A DNA stretch of 64,000 bases from Zygnema circumcarinatum SAG 698-1b (lineage: Eukaryota; Plantae; Zygnematophyceae). The stretch spans positions 496,001 to 560,000 of the forward strand of contig CM074805.1 of NCBI GenBank assembly GCA_037447605.1, given 5' to 3'. Positions 49,172 to 61,675 of the stretch are shown in pieces (the stretch's first letter is position 1; every line of letters begins with the position of its first letter). The position numbers were made by a program, and so were the translations under genes. The notes under the pieces were generated by a model that saw only the letters and a program-made list of their open reading frames with translations, searched no databases and had not been told where the DNA came from.

Positions 49172-52100
49172 CTAAGATGGCACTGGACAACAGGAAAGAT
49201 AGAACAGAAAGAAAGAAAGGAAAAGAGAGAAGGAAAGAGAAAGGAGGGAGGGATTAAGTGAGCTAGGCAGCATTACTGATCATGCCAGGGGCACCGCTTT
49301 TTTGAAATGGCAGTGACTTGAGAAATGGATGGATGGCTCCAACTGTGTTGAGGAAGAAAGTTGAAGAAAGTTTGGGTGGCCCTTCACTAGCAAGGTTTAT
49401 GCCTGATCAAAAGTGGTTAGCAAGTATCCTCCAAGTATTTTCAAAACGACTTAGTTTGGGCAGCAAAACTTACTGTAGGTTGTGGTATCAATCTGCTCTG
49501 GAAGAACCTTAATGTCCACTTCGAACCTCTCCTGGACCTGAAGGAGGAGCATCCACAATTCAGAGAACGACGAGTACATTCGATTAGAGGAAATTCATAC
49601 GTTATAGAAGTCGAGCAAAGCAAAGAACTCTGAAGGGGGGAAAGGCTGCATGCCCAGTACCTGTTCAAGCTTTTGTGAATCCTCCTTGGACGCGACAAAA
49701 GTAATGGCAAGCCCTTTGGTACCAAAGCGTCCAGCGCGACCTACCTGCAGGCAACCGGAAGAACAACTTGATGTTTATTGGTTAGAGGCAATCAGTCAAC
49801 AAAGCTGCCGAGTGCCCGGTGAAGAGCCAGCAAAACAAACAGCGAAAATGAGGTATTTTTGCACAAATATACATCCAAATGTAACCTCCTGGAAGTAAAC
49901 ACACTGGGCCCTAACGCTGAACACCAACACGAGACACTGAAGCAGAGACTAGAGACCCAATCTGCAAAAAACATACTAATGCTTGCTTGGTGAGAGATGA
50001 AGTTGCCACACTCACTCTGTGAAGATAAGTGTCTGCACTCTCGGGCATGTCATAGTTGATGACGATGTTGACACGCTCAATATCAATCCCCCGCCCAACT
50101 AAATCTGTAGCTACCATGATGCGCTTATGGCCCTCCTTGAATTGCTTGTACCTTGTCAACCTGTGAGAGATGTCAAAATTAAAGTGCAGACTGTCAGCAA
50201 ACAGACAATGTTTGGTGAACGTTAAAAAACTCTGGAAGGGAGCAAAAGGCACCATTTGACATCATCGTTTGAAAGGAAGCATTGGGTGATGAGAAAGCAC
50301 ACCTTTCTTCCATATTCAATCCCGAATGGATGCAAATGGACGGAAAGTTGCACTCCACGAGAAGCTTATTTAACTCCGCTGCTCTGCTGACAGACTTGAC
50401 GAAGATCACCACTTGATTGAAATCGAGGGCGTCCAACAAATCGTTCAGCTTCCGGTTCTTCTCCACCTCTTCCAATTGAATGTAATGCTGCAAAAGGCGA
50501 CGATAGACAAAGGGCGAAGCAAGAAGCACAGAGCATAGTCAAACTACAAGAATAAAACTTGCAACAAAGGGTGAAAGTGAACTTCGAACAGGAGCAATAA
50601 GTGCTTAACCATAGAACTGAGGTGGCCATCGCCAACAACGACGACATGATGATAACAAAAACGTGCGACTACTAGCAACGTAAGTAATTCCAGATGCTAC
50701 GCATAAGGTACAAAGTTGTTTCTGCCAAATTCTTCACACAGATCTTACAAGCCTGACTCCCTGTAGTTCTCCGCATTTAAGCTTATACTAAGGACTGCAG
50801 TAGGCAAGATCTAAACAGCGCAAGATATTTTGATAAGAACAGCTCTGTGGCCAAAATTGCAGGTAAGTCAAGCCTGACACACAGATCAAAGGAACTTCTT
50901 TATTTTCAGCATGAAGAAACGGACTTTCGTTCCCGCCTTCTCAACAGACACAATCACCAAAAAGACGAAGACCTCACAGGACAGAAGGGAAATGCTCTAC
51001 TCGGGAACCGGACATATTATCTACTATATGACAAACACACAACAAGCACTGAGAGCATCTGTCACGGAGACACTAGACAGCTTTGCAACAGAAATTACCT
51101 GAACAAGGCCATGCAAGGTGAGTTTGGCCTCATCATCGACGTAGATCTCCATAGGCTGTGTGTGGCACAAGTCAGTTACAACATAAGTGAGCAAAATCCG
51201 TGCCGGATGACGTCCGCCAAAAGCCTAACCAACCCAAACCCCTGTCTGCACCCCTGCCCTCATCCTTCCCTTCCCAAATCAACCTATGGTTTCCGCTAGG
51301 AATCCCTTTTCCCGCCTCAACCGCCCCCGCTGTGCGTAGCTCCTTCTGCCAGATTTCTGTGGAAAATCCTCATGGAGGTCTTCAAGCTCTGCTCATCCGA
51401 AATAGGCAAAAGGTCGATTTGTGAACCTAGCTCGAGGCCAAAAAGCTCCAGCCCGAGTGCCTTGAGAGCAGTTCCCAGGACATAGGGGCAAATTCCGGCA
51501 GACTGACTGAAATCCCTCCTGATGTGCGGCTAACCTGGCCAAATTTGAAGCGAGACTAATTGCATGGCTATCATCAGTAAGACTTGCGAGCTCCTCAAAG
51601 ACTCGAAACTAGACCAGCGTAACTTGTTGGCACAGACTTCTGACGCACTTAAAGAGAAGCTCAATAGTGAATACTGGATGGTGGCCTCAAGAGACCGCTA
51701 ACAGCATCCCTCGTTCAGCTCCGCACAAAGCACAGCAGCTGATGACCATGAGCTCCTTGACTACCAGTTCCGCCTGGAAACCGCCTTAGTTGCAGAAATC
51801 CTCAGCAGCTGATATCACTCAAAGAACGGATCCCCAAAATCTATGCTCTGACTTGCATCAACCCAGTGCCTTTCTCCTGAAGCTGGAATGACGGGATTGA
51901 AGTGGCTACTGCACAGGTGATTACATCGGTCATGAATTTCTTGCAAACTGGCCGTATCTCCTTGCTGAGGGTGGCGGAAAACATCATCACTTGCTTCTCA
52001 TGTGGCGTCAGTTTGAAGATCTCCTGTACGTCCCTTCGCATGTCTACAATCACAGAAGGAGTCCACAACTTCGGTAATCGTTCTTTAATTCACATTAAAC

Positions 52101-53560
52101 AACACTCGTTATTTCCATCTGACAGTATAAACAAAACTGAAGTTCCCGCCCAAAAGAGCAGAATAGTAAGTGCAGGATATCATCTTCCAAGAAAGCCATC
52201 AAATAGCCGTGTGTCCTGAAGTCTGCAGTTGCGTATGTTCGGTAATACGTTAGAATGATAATGAGAGCAACGTCACATACCCAGTGACTCCAGCATCTTG
52301 TCGCATTCGTCAAGAATAAAATGCCTTACAGTCTTCAAATTAAGTTCGCCCATACGTGCGAGTTGAAGGACTCGCCCAGGAGTGCCCACGACAATGTTTG
52401 GACATTCATTCTTAAGAAGGTCAATATTTGTTTTAATGTTGATGCCACCATAAAAGACGGCAACTTTCACGTCTGGAAGATAAGTGGTAAACCTTTCAAA
52501 CTCGCTGCAAATCTGCGAATCACAAACAAGACAAACCAAAAATGTTCATCAGCCCGAAGGAAACGCTCGGGTTCAGCCACGATTCAACATTTGCCAACGA
52601 CTGCCAACACAAACCACATCGGGCTGCAAATTACAATCAAGTGATATAAAAACAGGAACAGGGGTTCAACAAATGCAACATCAAAAGTTACCTGATAAGC
52701 CAACTCGCGCGTGTGGCACAATATAAGAGCTGTCACTTGTTTTCCGGGCTTCTCCAGCTGCTGGAGAGTCGAAAGGACAAAGACAGCTGTTTTCCCCATA
52801 CCCGATTTAGCCTGGCAGATGACATCCATTCCCAGTATAGCCTGTGGAATGCACTCATGTTGCACTGTCGAAACGCCACCAACCCCCCGTCCGAGACCAC
52901 CAACACAGACTTTGCTCAGTCTCCAATTCTTCCACGAAAGGTCATTTGCACCAAGCCCCTCTGTCCCCTTCTGATGGCTGCCGTGCGGAATGCTGGGAAG
53001 CGTGGAGATGAGAAAATCAAGTGAATCGAACGGGGGCAGCAAAAAGTCAGTTTACCTGCAACGTAGTCGAGATAAAGATACTGTCAGGAATAAGCACAAA
53101 GATTAACCGAAAGGAGACGGGTCAGAATGCTTTGACTATCAATAGGGCAAAAGGTAGCCTTTACCTTCAGAGGGATGTTCAAACCCGCAATCGACGATGG
53201 CCCTGAGCAGTTCAGATTTGAGGAGGAAATCTCTGAAACCTGAGCTGTGTATACCCACGTATCCTCTGCACGCAGGAAAACGTATTATCGACTTAGATAC
53301 TGAAAGAAGGGAGTTCCCTCAAATGCATCGGCTAATATTATTTTGTAGAAAAAAAACGAACAACAAGCAATAACCATCTATGAATACCACAAGCTACACG
53401 ACTAGACACTTCCGCATCACAACTGTAACCCACGTGTGCTCTCTTACTTCTTCACAGTTTCTCCCGCTCCTTTCACAACGGCATCGGGGGCTGCTTCCTC
53501 ATCTTCTTCATAGTCCAGAAGCTCCTCCTGATAGTTATCGTTATCCTTGTTATCACCCAT
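49172..53560 (-). CDS. UAP56: DECD-box RNA helicase UAP56/DDX39/SUB2 (TREX complex)
   Basis: Exons 53560-53448, 53265-53165, 52864-52692, 52512-52281, 52043-51925, 51155-51099, 50487-50303, 50160-50016, 49744-49661, 49537-49474, 49182-49172. Translation includes [28 protein letters not shown] and [10 protein letters not shown], ending TYMPS. Confidence 0.98.
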
Positions 53561-53843
53561 ATCTGCTGTTCCCTCGCGTCCTGCAAAAACAACCACCCGT
53601 AAAAACAAGAAAATCGCCCTTTGAAAGCTCTGTCTGCAGCTTTCCCTTGCTTCCTACCAAGACTTCAGAAACCCTCCTCTTTGCAGCAGGGGAGAGCCGC
53701 ACAAGACCTGAATCTGGGCGCACGACAACCGTCCGATCGCAATCGGACGGCTGTGGCTGGCCACACCGCCAACTCGTTTGCTATTGCTGGAACTTTGGAG
53801 CCATTTCTCTGTGAAGTCTAGTCGACCAATCTTCCTATGACGA

Positions 53844-53877
53844 CTCGCCACGTGTACATATTTTTACACGTGGCGAG
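53844..53877. promoter_or_regulatory. Perfect 13-bp inverted repeat with a G-box in each arm, in the UAP56/PP4 divergent promoter
   Basis: ctcgccacgtgta (53844-53856), spacer catatttt, tacacgtggcgag (53865-53877). Confidence 0.6.
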
Positions 53878-54284
53878 ATACTATTGGGGGAGGGAGTTTT
53901 TGAAGGAGGGGCGTGCGAATTGTTCCTTTGTGTGAAACAATGCGCAGGGTACAATCAACGTGACATGTGTCACGGGTGAGCTGCTGGCTTGGTTTAGGGT
54001 TAGATGAGAGCAGGCATCCATGGCGGTCGCCAAGGAACCCTAAATGCTTCGAGCGACGGATTCAAGCAACGAGTCGCTGTCATTTGAGGCCATTTCTGAT
54101 GATTATTGTGTTTGAATTCTCAGAATCCGCGTTTAAAGCGAGTTAAATGAGGGGCGGTTCTGCAGTGCAGACAAGGAGGATCCATGCGGGAAGTGGTCCT
54201 TGGATTTGAAGAGAGATTAAAGAGGACGTTGATGCTGCAGGGCGTGAATTTATCTAGGAAATATTGAATTGCTCAAGGGCAGAG

Positions 54285-57200
54285 ATGTCTGACTTAGATC
54301 GACAAATAGAGCAGCTGAAACGATGTGAACCACTGAAAGAAGCAGAAGTCAAGTCCTTATGTCAGAAGGCCATGGAGATCTTAGTGGAAGAGAGCAATGT
54401 GCAAAGAATAGATTCTCCTGTAACTGTAAGTATTCTGACGAAGCTTCTACTGATGCAAGCTGTGCAGGCTATAGGTCTTTCTTACTTATGTCGTCACATT
54501 TTTTGCACTCGAGATCAATGCCACATCCTCTCCTTCTCTTTAAGAACCGATTTACTTCGAAGCAGCAAGAGTTGAGGTTAGATGTAATCAGACGTCGTGT
54601 TGCTTCTTTTGCCGAACAGCTCTGTGGCGATATTCATGGCCAGTTTTACGATTTAAAGGAGCTGTTCAAAGTAGGTGGCGACTGTCCTCAAACCAATTAT
54701 CTCTTTATGGGTGACTTTGTGGATCGAGGTTTTTACTCGGTTGAAACCTTTCTGCTGCTCTTGGCGCTAAAGGTAGACATCTCTTCCTTGAAGCAAGCAG
54801 AAATATAAAATCTTCCCTTTTTTTTAAACTTTGATTCCTGTATCCTTGTAGCTCATAAAAAGCTGCACTTGTTAATACCTTAATTCAAGAACTGCTGGGG
54901 AAAGTTCATTTTACTTCTGCTCCTCCTCCCTTTTTCGTTTCTCGCTCTTTCTCTCGCGTTTTCAATCTTAATGGAAATGAAGTATCTCCTCCCTCACACT
55001 GGGATTCATATAATTTGCAAATGAATAACTTAGATCAATAACATCAGCCATGTTATGGGCTTCGTTGTGCAGGTTCGTTATCCTGACAGAATAACACTGA
55101 TTCGAGGAAATCACGAGAGTAGGCAGATAACTCAAGTGCGGGCCCCAACTTTTCCTCGTCGGACACTGGTGGTCTAATAGTTTGTGTTGAACTCTGCTTT
55201 TCTCATACTTGTAATAGGTTCTGCTGCAGGAAAATCTGCAACGTGCTTGCTGCATTTGTATTGGACCTCATTCTACTTGCAATGCCAACCATAAATTCCT
55301 TGAAGCTAAAGCACTTTACTGCTTTTGTGCAGGTTTATGGTTTTTACGATGAATGTTTGAGGAAGTACGGGTCAGTTAATGTATGGCGGTACTGCACGGA
55401 CATTTTTGACTACTTAAGGTGATTACCGTCTTTTCTTGGTTGATCCTGGATTATGGATTTGATCATATAGAGAGAACCTTCGAACCACAACACTGCCCAG
55501 AGGATATTTATCAAAAAATGCTGCCGTAGATGTTTGTGACTTTACATATGCTTTGTGCTCTACGCCATTGTTTCATTCTTAGTCGACGTTACAAGATTGA
55601 GGAATGTTTATGGTGGTGTGAAATGTGTGATGAGATTTTACATATATGTCAGAGCAAAGCGGAAGGAGAGATGTTCAAGTTCTGTTCGTCTCAGACTGCT
55701 GGCGGCAGGTTATCACTGCTCCTGCTGTCCTGCTGACGGACTTCCGTCTTGTAGTCTAAGTGCGGGTGCATTTTTTGGCTGGTCAGCTTGTCTGCTCTTG
55801 TCGACGACCGTGTTTTCTGTGTGCACGGAGGATTATCTCCATCCATAACTTCACTTGACCAGGTGAGATTCCTGTCATTCAGCGGAATTCTTTATGGCTA
55901 GTTGGCTGGCTAGTGTTTTATTGGCTTTATCGCTTTGAAGCATATGTCATATGATGCATCCTCCTTTTTAATCGCTGTCTTTGGCATTCTTGCTTGTTAT
56001 CTACGGGTAGTGTTCCAACACAACTAGAGGAGGACGACTAAGACATCATTTGACCAACAGTCCAGTGTCTTGATTCTCATATCTAGTTCTCTATCTTTTC
56101 CGTAGCAGCCATAACTCTGTTCTTTTTGGTCATGCTTCTTTTTTAAGCTGTGCTGGAGAACCTGTATGCTGTGATCCTTGGTGACCTGCTGCTTCGATAT
56201 GGCACTGCAAACTTCAAGGGTGGAGCATAAATTTGACTATTCACTGCCCAACTTTGCTTCCTTATCTTGTCGACGTGCATCTTCATGTTGCAGCCATTAA
56301 AGCTGTGCCCTTGGGTTGGATGGGGGCAGATTAGAACCATTGACAGGAAGCAAGAAGTACCACATGACGGAGCAATGTGTGATTTGTTATGGTCAGACCC
56401 TGAGGAGATTGATGGGTGGGGCCTCAGCCCACGAGGTGCAGGGTATTTGTTTGGAGGAGATGTAGTCACGACTTTCAATCATGCTAATAAGATTGATCTT
56501 ATTTGCCGAGCGCACCAGCTTGTAATGGAAGGGTATAAGTGGATGTTCAACGAGCAGCTTGTGACAGTCTGGTCCGCTCCGAATTATTGCTACAGGTATG
56601 TTTTTTAAAGGTCGGCTTTGCAAGAGTAGAGAGAGCATGAAACTTCTGTCGCTGTTCGGTGGGATGTTGTCGGCTGTCCTTTGCAATTGGTTAATGGAAA
56701 ATATTGCCCAGATCAGACTTCCACTTTCCTACTTGTTCATCCTGCCCTTTTTCTTATTCAAGTTTTTGCGCCTATTATTTTTTTCGATTTTAGTAAAGTA
56801 GACATGTTCACGGGTCCGTTTACTAGACATTCCCTGGAGTTTCATGAGATTTGTCATAGATACGGTAGCAGAGGCTTTTTTGGCTCCTTCACGACTCTAA
56901 CAGAGGAATCTGTCTTTAATCTTGACTTCTAATACCAAACATTCTGATCCATGTTTGGCATGAATGGGCAGATGCGGTAATGTAGCAGCTATTTTGGAGC
57001 TGGATGAACACCTTAATAAGAAGTTCACTGTCTTCGAAGCAGCACCGCAGGTAAGGTCGCTAAACGTGAAGTTAGTTCTGTATGCTGTGGAATAGGGAGA
57101 AAATGACGGAGCGAGAGAGGGAGTATCTCTGATGCACCACAAGGAAGTGTTAAGAATACAACTGGGGCTGTTTTTATGCGTGGAAGTGCCAAGTAGAGTA

Positions 57201-57479
57201 CTATTTTGTAGCTCTTATTCACAGTAGCAGTCTTGAGCCTCCAGTATGCAAGCACATCGTAGAGGATGAGTTTAGGTGTACGGATTTCACTCTACGCTGC
57301 ATAAAAGTGTCACAAACAACTGCAAATAGTGGACTAGTCTTTATAGAATAATTTTGAGACGCGTTGCGCTGTGCTTAGAGCCAGTCCATTCTCAAGCTTG
57401 ACTCCAACTCTGGCACATTTGGATGCAGGAATCCCGAGGCGTCCCATCGAAGAAACCTGCTCCTGACTATTTCTTGTAA
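54285..57479 (+). CDS. PPX: Protein phosphatase 4 catalytic subunit
   Basis: Exons 54285-54425, 54620-54772, 55073-55135, 55333-55418, 55787-55862, 56330-56595, 56972-57050, 57429-57479. Translation starts [17 protein letters not shown], includes [22 protein letters not shown] and [11 protein letters not shown], and ends KPAPDYFL (PP4-type tail). Confidence 0.97.
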
Positions 57480-58365
57480 CTGACTTCACGAAGTTCCTCC
57501 CTTGTACATATGGCTGTCTGCCACATCTCAGTGGGAGCTCTTTGTGCATATTCTTTTGCACCTGCAAGCCAGTTGAGGTTTTGTTTTCTGAACACAAGCA
57601 TGCCGTCCTTCTTCCGGAGTCTGCACTTGCTGGAGATTCTTGAGACTTGGTCTACGGATAAGTACGGACTTGTCGCTCACATTTGTCTTCGTGATCTGAA
57701 AGTGATTCGTCGTTTAATCGTCTTTTTCGTCTCTTTAAAGGGTTTAGGCTCCAGGAGGAGTCTGCGACCAATGTGGCGCACACAATAGCACTAACTGCAT
57801 TGGGACAAGAATGTTTCTAGGTATTAGTCTGGAAAATAGTGGTAGGCCCTAGCAGCTGTATCGCTCCGAAAGCTAAGGGTTGCGGTTACCGTAAGTAATT
57901 TTTTCGAGTCCTGTTCTATATAGCACTTCCCTTCCTTTCCAGCCAGTCCTGAGGTCTGTCCAAGAAAATGCCCCAAAGCCCTTTTCGTTCATTGGCTTTG
58001 TTTTGGAGTGTTCGCTTGCCTTGTTGCGCTGTTCTACAGTTAGTTAGTAGACAACGGTGCAGTTTCTGTGATCACATGGAAAGACATGGAGCAGGTATTC
58101 TGTGCGGGGTTCTTGATAGCGTTTTCGAGTTTTTGTTGATCCTCATTCGCACGTGAGACAGTATCAAGTTCGGCATGTTACCCACAAGCCTACGTACTAG
58201 GGACCTTCCTCCGTTGCTAGCTATAGTTGGGCATCGTCATGGCGACTTGCAACATGCGCAACATTGACATAGTACTCATGGTATGGCACACGCAATTTGG
58301 TATGGCACACGCAATGGATAGAAAATTAGACATCTATCGGCGTCGTTCTATATGGGCGAGGGAGG

Positions 58366-58400
<35 letters not shown>
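58366..58400. repeat. Poly(A)35 tract
   Basis: 35 consecutive A, ~275 bp upstream of the ATG at 58676. Confidence 0.95.
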
Positions 58401-58402
<2 letters not shown>

Positions 58403-58675
58403 CCAAAACGACGGTAAATTAATTTTGATCGCCGCGCACACAGTGAGAACGGATATTTCAACCGCTACAAACAAGAAAATTTTGGAGTTTGGCGCAGCGC
58501 CAGTTTGCCGCCGGAGGGGCGGAGAGAGGATGGGGGCTCGAAGGCGGGCCGAAGGAGGGAATTTGGACCATCAAGAGATCGATCTCGTGCAATTAAGAGT
58601 CTGAATCGCGCAGACAGCATGCAAAGGGAACCAGGAATGTGAGCAGTTGGAGCACCAAAGACTGCGTCTATTGCG

Positions 58676-60178
58676 ATGGAGAGCTCGAACCTGGATGACG
58701 AACAAGAAAACAGCATACTCCTGGCGCTTGAAAGTAAGTTGCGGTATGATGTTGGACGAGCTGTCATTTCATTCAATTGATGAAACGCGAAATGAATTGA
58801 TTGTCATTGTAACTTGGATGCTGAGACTCGGTCTCTGTTTCCTTCTTCGGAATTGCACTTTTGACGTTGTGTGCAGATTCCTGTGAGGTCGTTTTTCTTG
58901 TAAACTGTTGATAGAATCTGCGTCCGACTGAGGGTTGATGTCATGGCATGTCCTGCTCAGAGAAATAAGCTATGGTTTGCTTGTTGAAGGTGTAATTGAG
59001 GCTCAGCGCAAGAAGCTTACGGACGAGGTTCAGCAATTGAGACAGCGGAATCAACGTCTTCAGCAGGACGCTGTTTCGCAGAGGTATACAACATCTCAGA
59101 TCCTGATATTGTCAGCTAGCGAATCATGTAAGCTAGATCCACATCGCAGGTTTTTGTCTGAACCAGGCCAATATGAAACAACAGCAAAAACAGATTCAAA
59201 GATAACAGAAATGAAGAAAACCACTGTACGAAAAGCGTTTTAGACGTATCTTAAGTGCAATCTGAATCTTCGTGTGCTTTTCTATAATTATTCTTTCAGG
59301 GTTCAACACAGATTGCATGCGCAGGTAATACATATAGAGTCTGCTTCATAAGGCTTGACGGATACTTGGCAGGGAAGAGTTTACGAAAGATTGTTTACGA
59401 TACAATGCCGTTGGAAATCTAGCTCACGTGACCGAACTTAGGAACACAAAAGCTGCTTTAGAAAAACAAGAGCAAGATCTGCTGCAAGAATGTATTTGCT
59501 GGAAGCGTGATCTACAACAACTTCTTGAGAAGAAACAAACCAAACTGGAGGCGCTACAGGAACGTAATGGAGGTGAGCCACCCATATCCTTTTGGCAAGC
59601 AAGCTGAAGAATTGTAGCAGTATGACTGACGGCTGCAGCAATAAACTGAGATTCTCCTGGACTGGCTGGCAGCCTTGCGTGCCATCGTCGCGGCAGAGGA
59701 AGCTGAGATTGCATCGAAACGAAAGGAATTGATGCATCTGAATTCCACGTTATGTGAACTCGACAAGCCAACAGAGCTAGAAAGGCAAGGAGTTGGATTA
59801 CTCTTCCAAACATGCCCCTGCACCAATATGTACGTGTATGCATGAGGCCGCAGTTTTTCAATCTGGACGGGTTTCGTTGTGCTCTTTCTGGCAGGTTGAA
59901 GTACGCACTGGAATCTTTAGATGATGTCAAGGCACAGCTTGAAGATTGCGTGCTTGGTTTTCGACTGCAACTCTCCAAAATTGATGGTAATCCTTGACCA
60001 ATGTCCTTTTATCTGCAAGTTCTGCGATCGCCTCTTATGATTCGTGCAATAACTGATATCTGTACATGCAACTGGACGGCGTTCAGGGGAAGACAGATTA
60101 TTATCAGCGCAGTGTTCTGCAGCGCAGAGGCAACTTCAGCACATTAACGCGGAAAGGTCATCGTTCTATGTGCTTTAG
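58676..60178 (+). CDS. Unidentified coiled-coil protein (~220 aa; 3' end tentative)
   Basis: Phase-consistent GT-AG exons 58676-58733, 58990-59083, 59150-59225, 59300-59324, 59423-59572, 59673-59829, 59895-59986, 60123-60178. Heptad-rich segments include VIEAQRKKLTDEVQQLRQRNQRLQ and LQQLLEKKQTKLEALQERNGALRAIVAAEEAEIASKRKEL. Confidence 0.7.
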
Positions 60179-61675
60179 CCCCGATTGCATTGCAATTGCA
60201 GTCACGATTGAATTGCATTTGTATACAATTGTGCAGTAGCTTTGTGATTGGAATCTTGTTATTGTAGCTGTTGTGATCCCTTATTTCAGTCCAGGTAACC
60301 ATGTGATATACAATGAGTGTGCACCCATGTGTTCCTTCAGCTAAACGGCAGGGTTGGAAACTTTTTTTAAACAATGTTAAGTCGTGACATTTGTTCGAGG
60401 GTATAAGCTGGCAATGTCCGTTTGCTCGTACGTTCCACATTCAGGGACTATATTACTAGTTGATTCCGGAAATGAAACGCAGAAATCAAATGTACCGTAT
60501 TAACCCGAAAAAACAACTCAGAAATGGCTGGGTTCAAACTCAAATTCATTGTTTCCGTTTTTTCATGTGGTTGCCAGCTCGTCTACTTTTGAAGGATACG
60601 AAGGACATCGTCAACTGCCGGTCAACGAAAGAAGAGCACGTCCCCCATATTGGCAGCACTTTGACAGACGTCAAGACAGGAGCACTCAAACCTTTCGAGT
60701 TTTAAACCGACCGCCTGCGTCAGCTTCTCCCACAAACTTCACCAATAGGATTCTGAGATAAGCCTTTTGAGTATAAATGCTCCAACAGTTTTCCCCAAGG
60801 GACAGCCTAATCCGACAACTTGCGGCAACATTCCATCATTCCTGGTGTGAAGGAGATTTGCAAGTGACATGGCTTAGAAAGGAAGGCTGCTGATTGCTGT
60901 GAGTGCCTTCAGTATACCCCCGACTTCCCATCCTCGACAGTGTCCTCATATAACATTCAAGCTCTCTTGTAGTGTGAGTATCGCATATTGGCAGCAATCA
61001 GACTTTCATTTTAGATTGAGCCCATCGCGATTGGATACAATATCACGCATTCCCTGTTGCTGACTTGTCTTTTTGAACCATAGTACGTCAAGAATAACCA
61101 TTGAGGCACAATAGGAAAGTAACCACCGGCTTCTTGTTCGCTACATGCAAAACTAACTTTTGTCTACTTCAGGTTGCACATCTCCCCGCTTCCTTCCTTA
61201 TTGAAAACCAGCCAGAACTGCATGCCAAAACAGGAAACGCAAACAAACATATCTGGAGTTCCTTTCGCAGAGAGAGGTTAGAGTCACGTGGCCAAACGAA
61301 AAATATGCATTTTTTTCGCACTTCACAATCAACAATAGCGAGTTTCAGTCCTAGATTCAATGGGTGATTCTTCAATCTTCATCACAACAAGAACACCGCA
61401 TGTTTAGACAACCACCCAAAGTTTGACAACTCAAACATTAAAAACATTGCCTTTCCGGCCTTCCTTGCCTTACCACTCCCCTGATCATCGTAATTGGCTC
61501 AAAACGTTAGTACACAGAGGACGTTCCTTGGAGTCTATGCGAACTCCACCTTTGGCCTGCCCATTTCGAATTGGGGCCCTGGGCCACAGAAACAAAGCTA
61601 ACCCTAGAAAACGTAAAAGCCCCGAAAACCCTACAAAAAAACATACACAAAGGTGTATGCGCGCGTAGAAGCAGT

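Noticed and set aside
51156-51924. Intronic C/D-box snoRNA in UAP56
   Set aside because: Only a non-canonical CTGATGA was seen, with no suitably placed D box or terminal stem.
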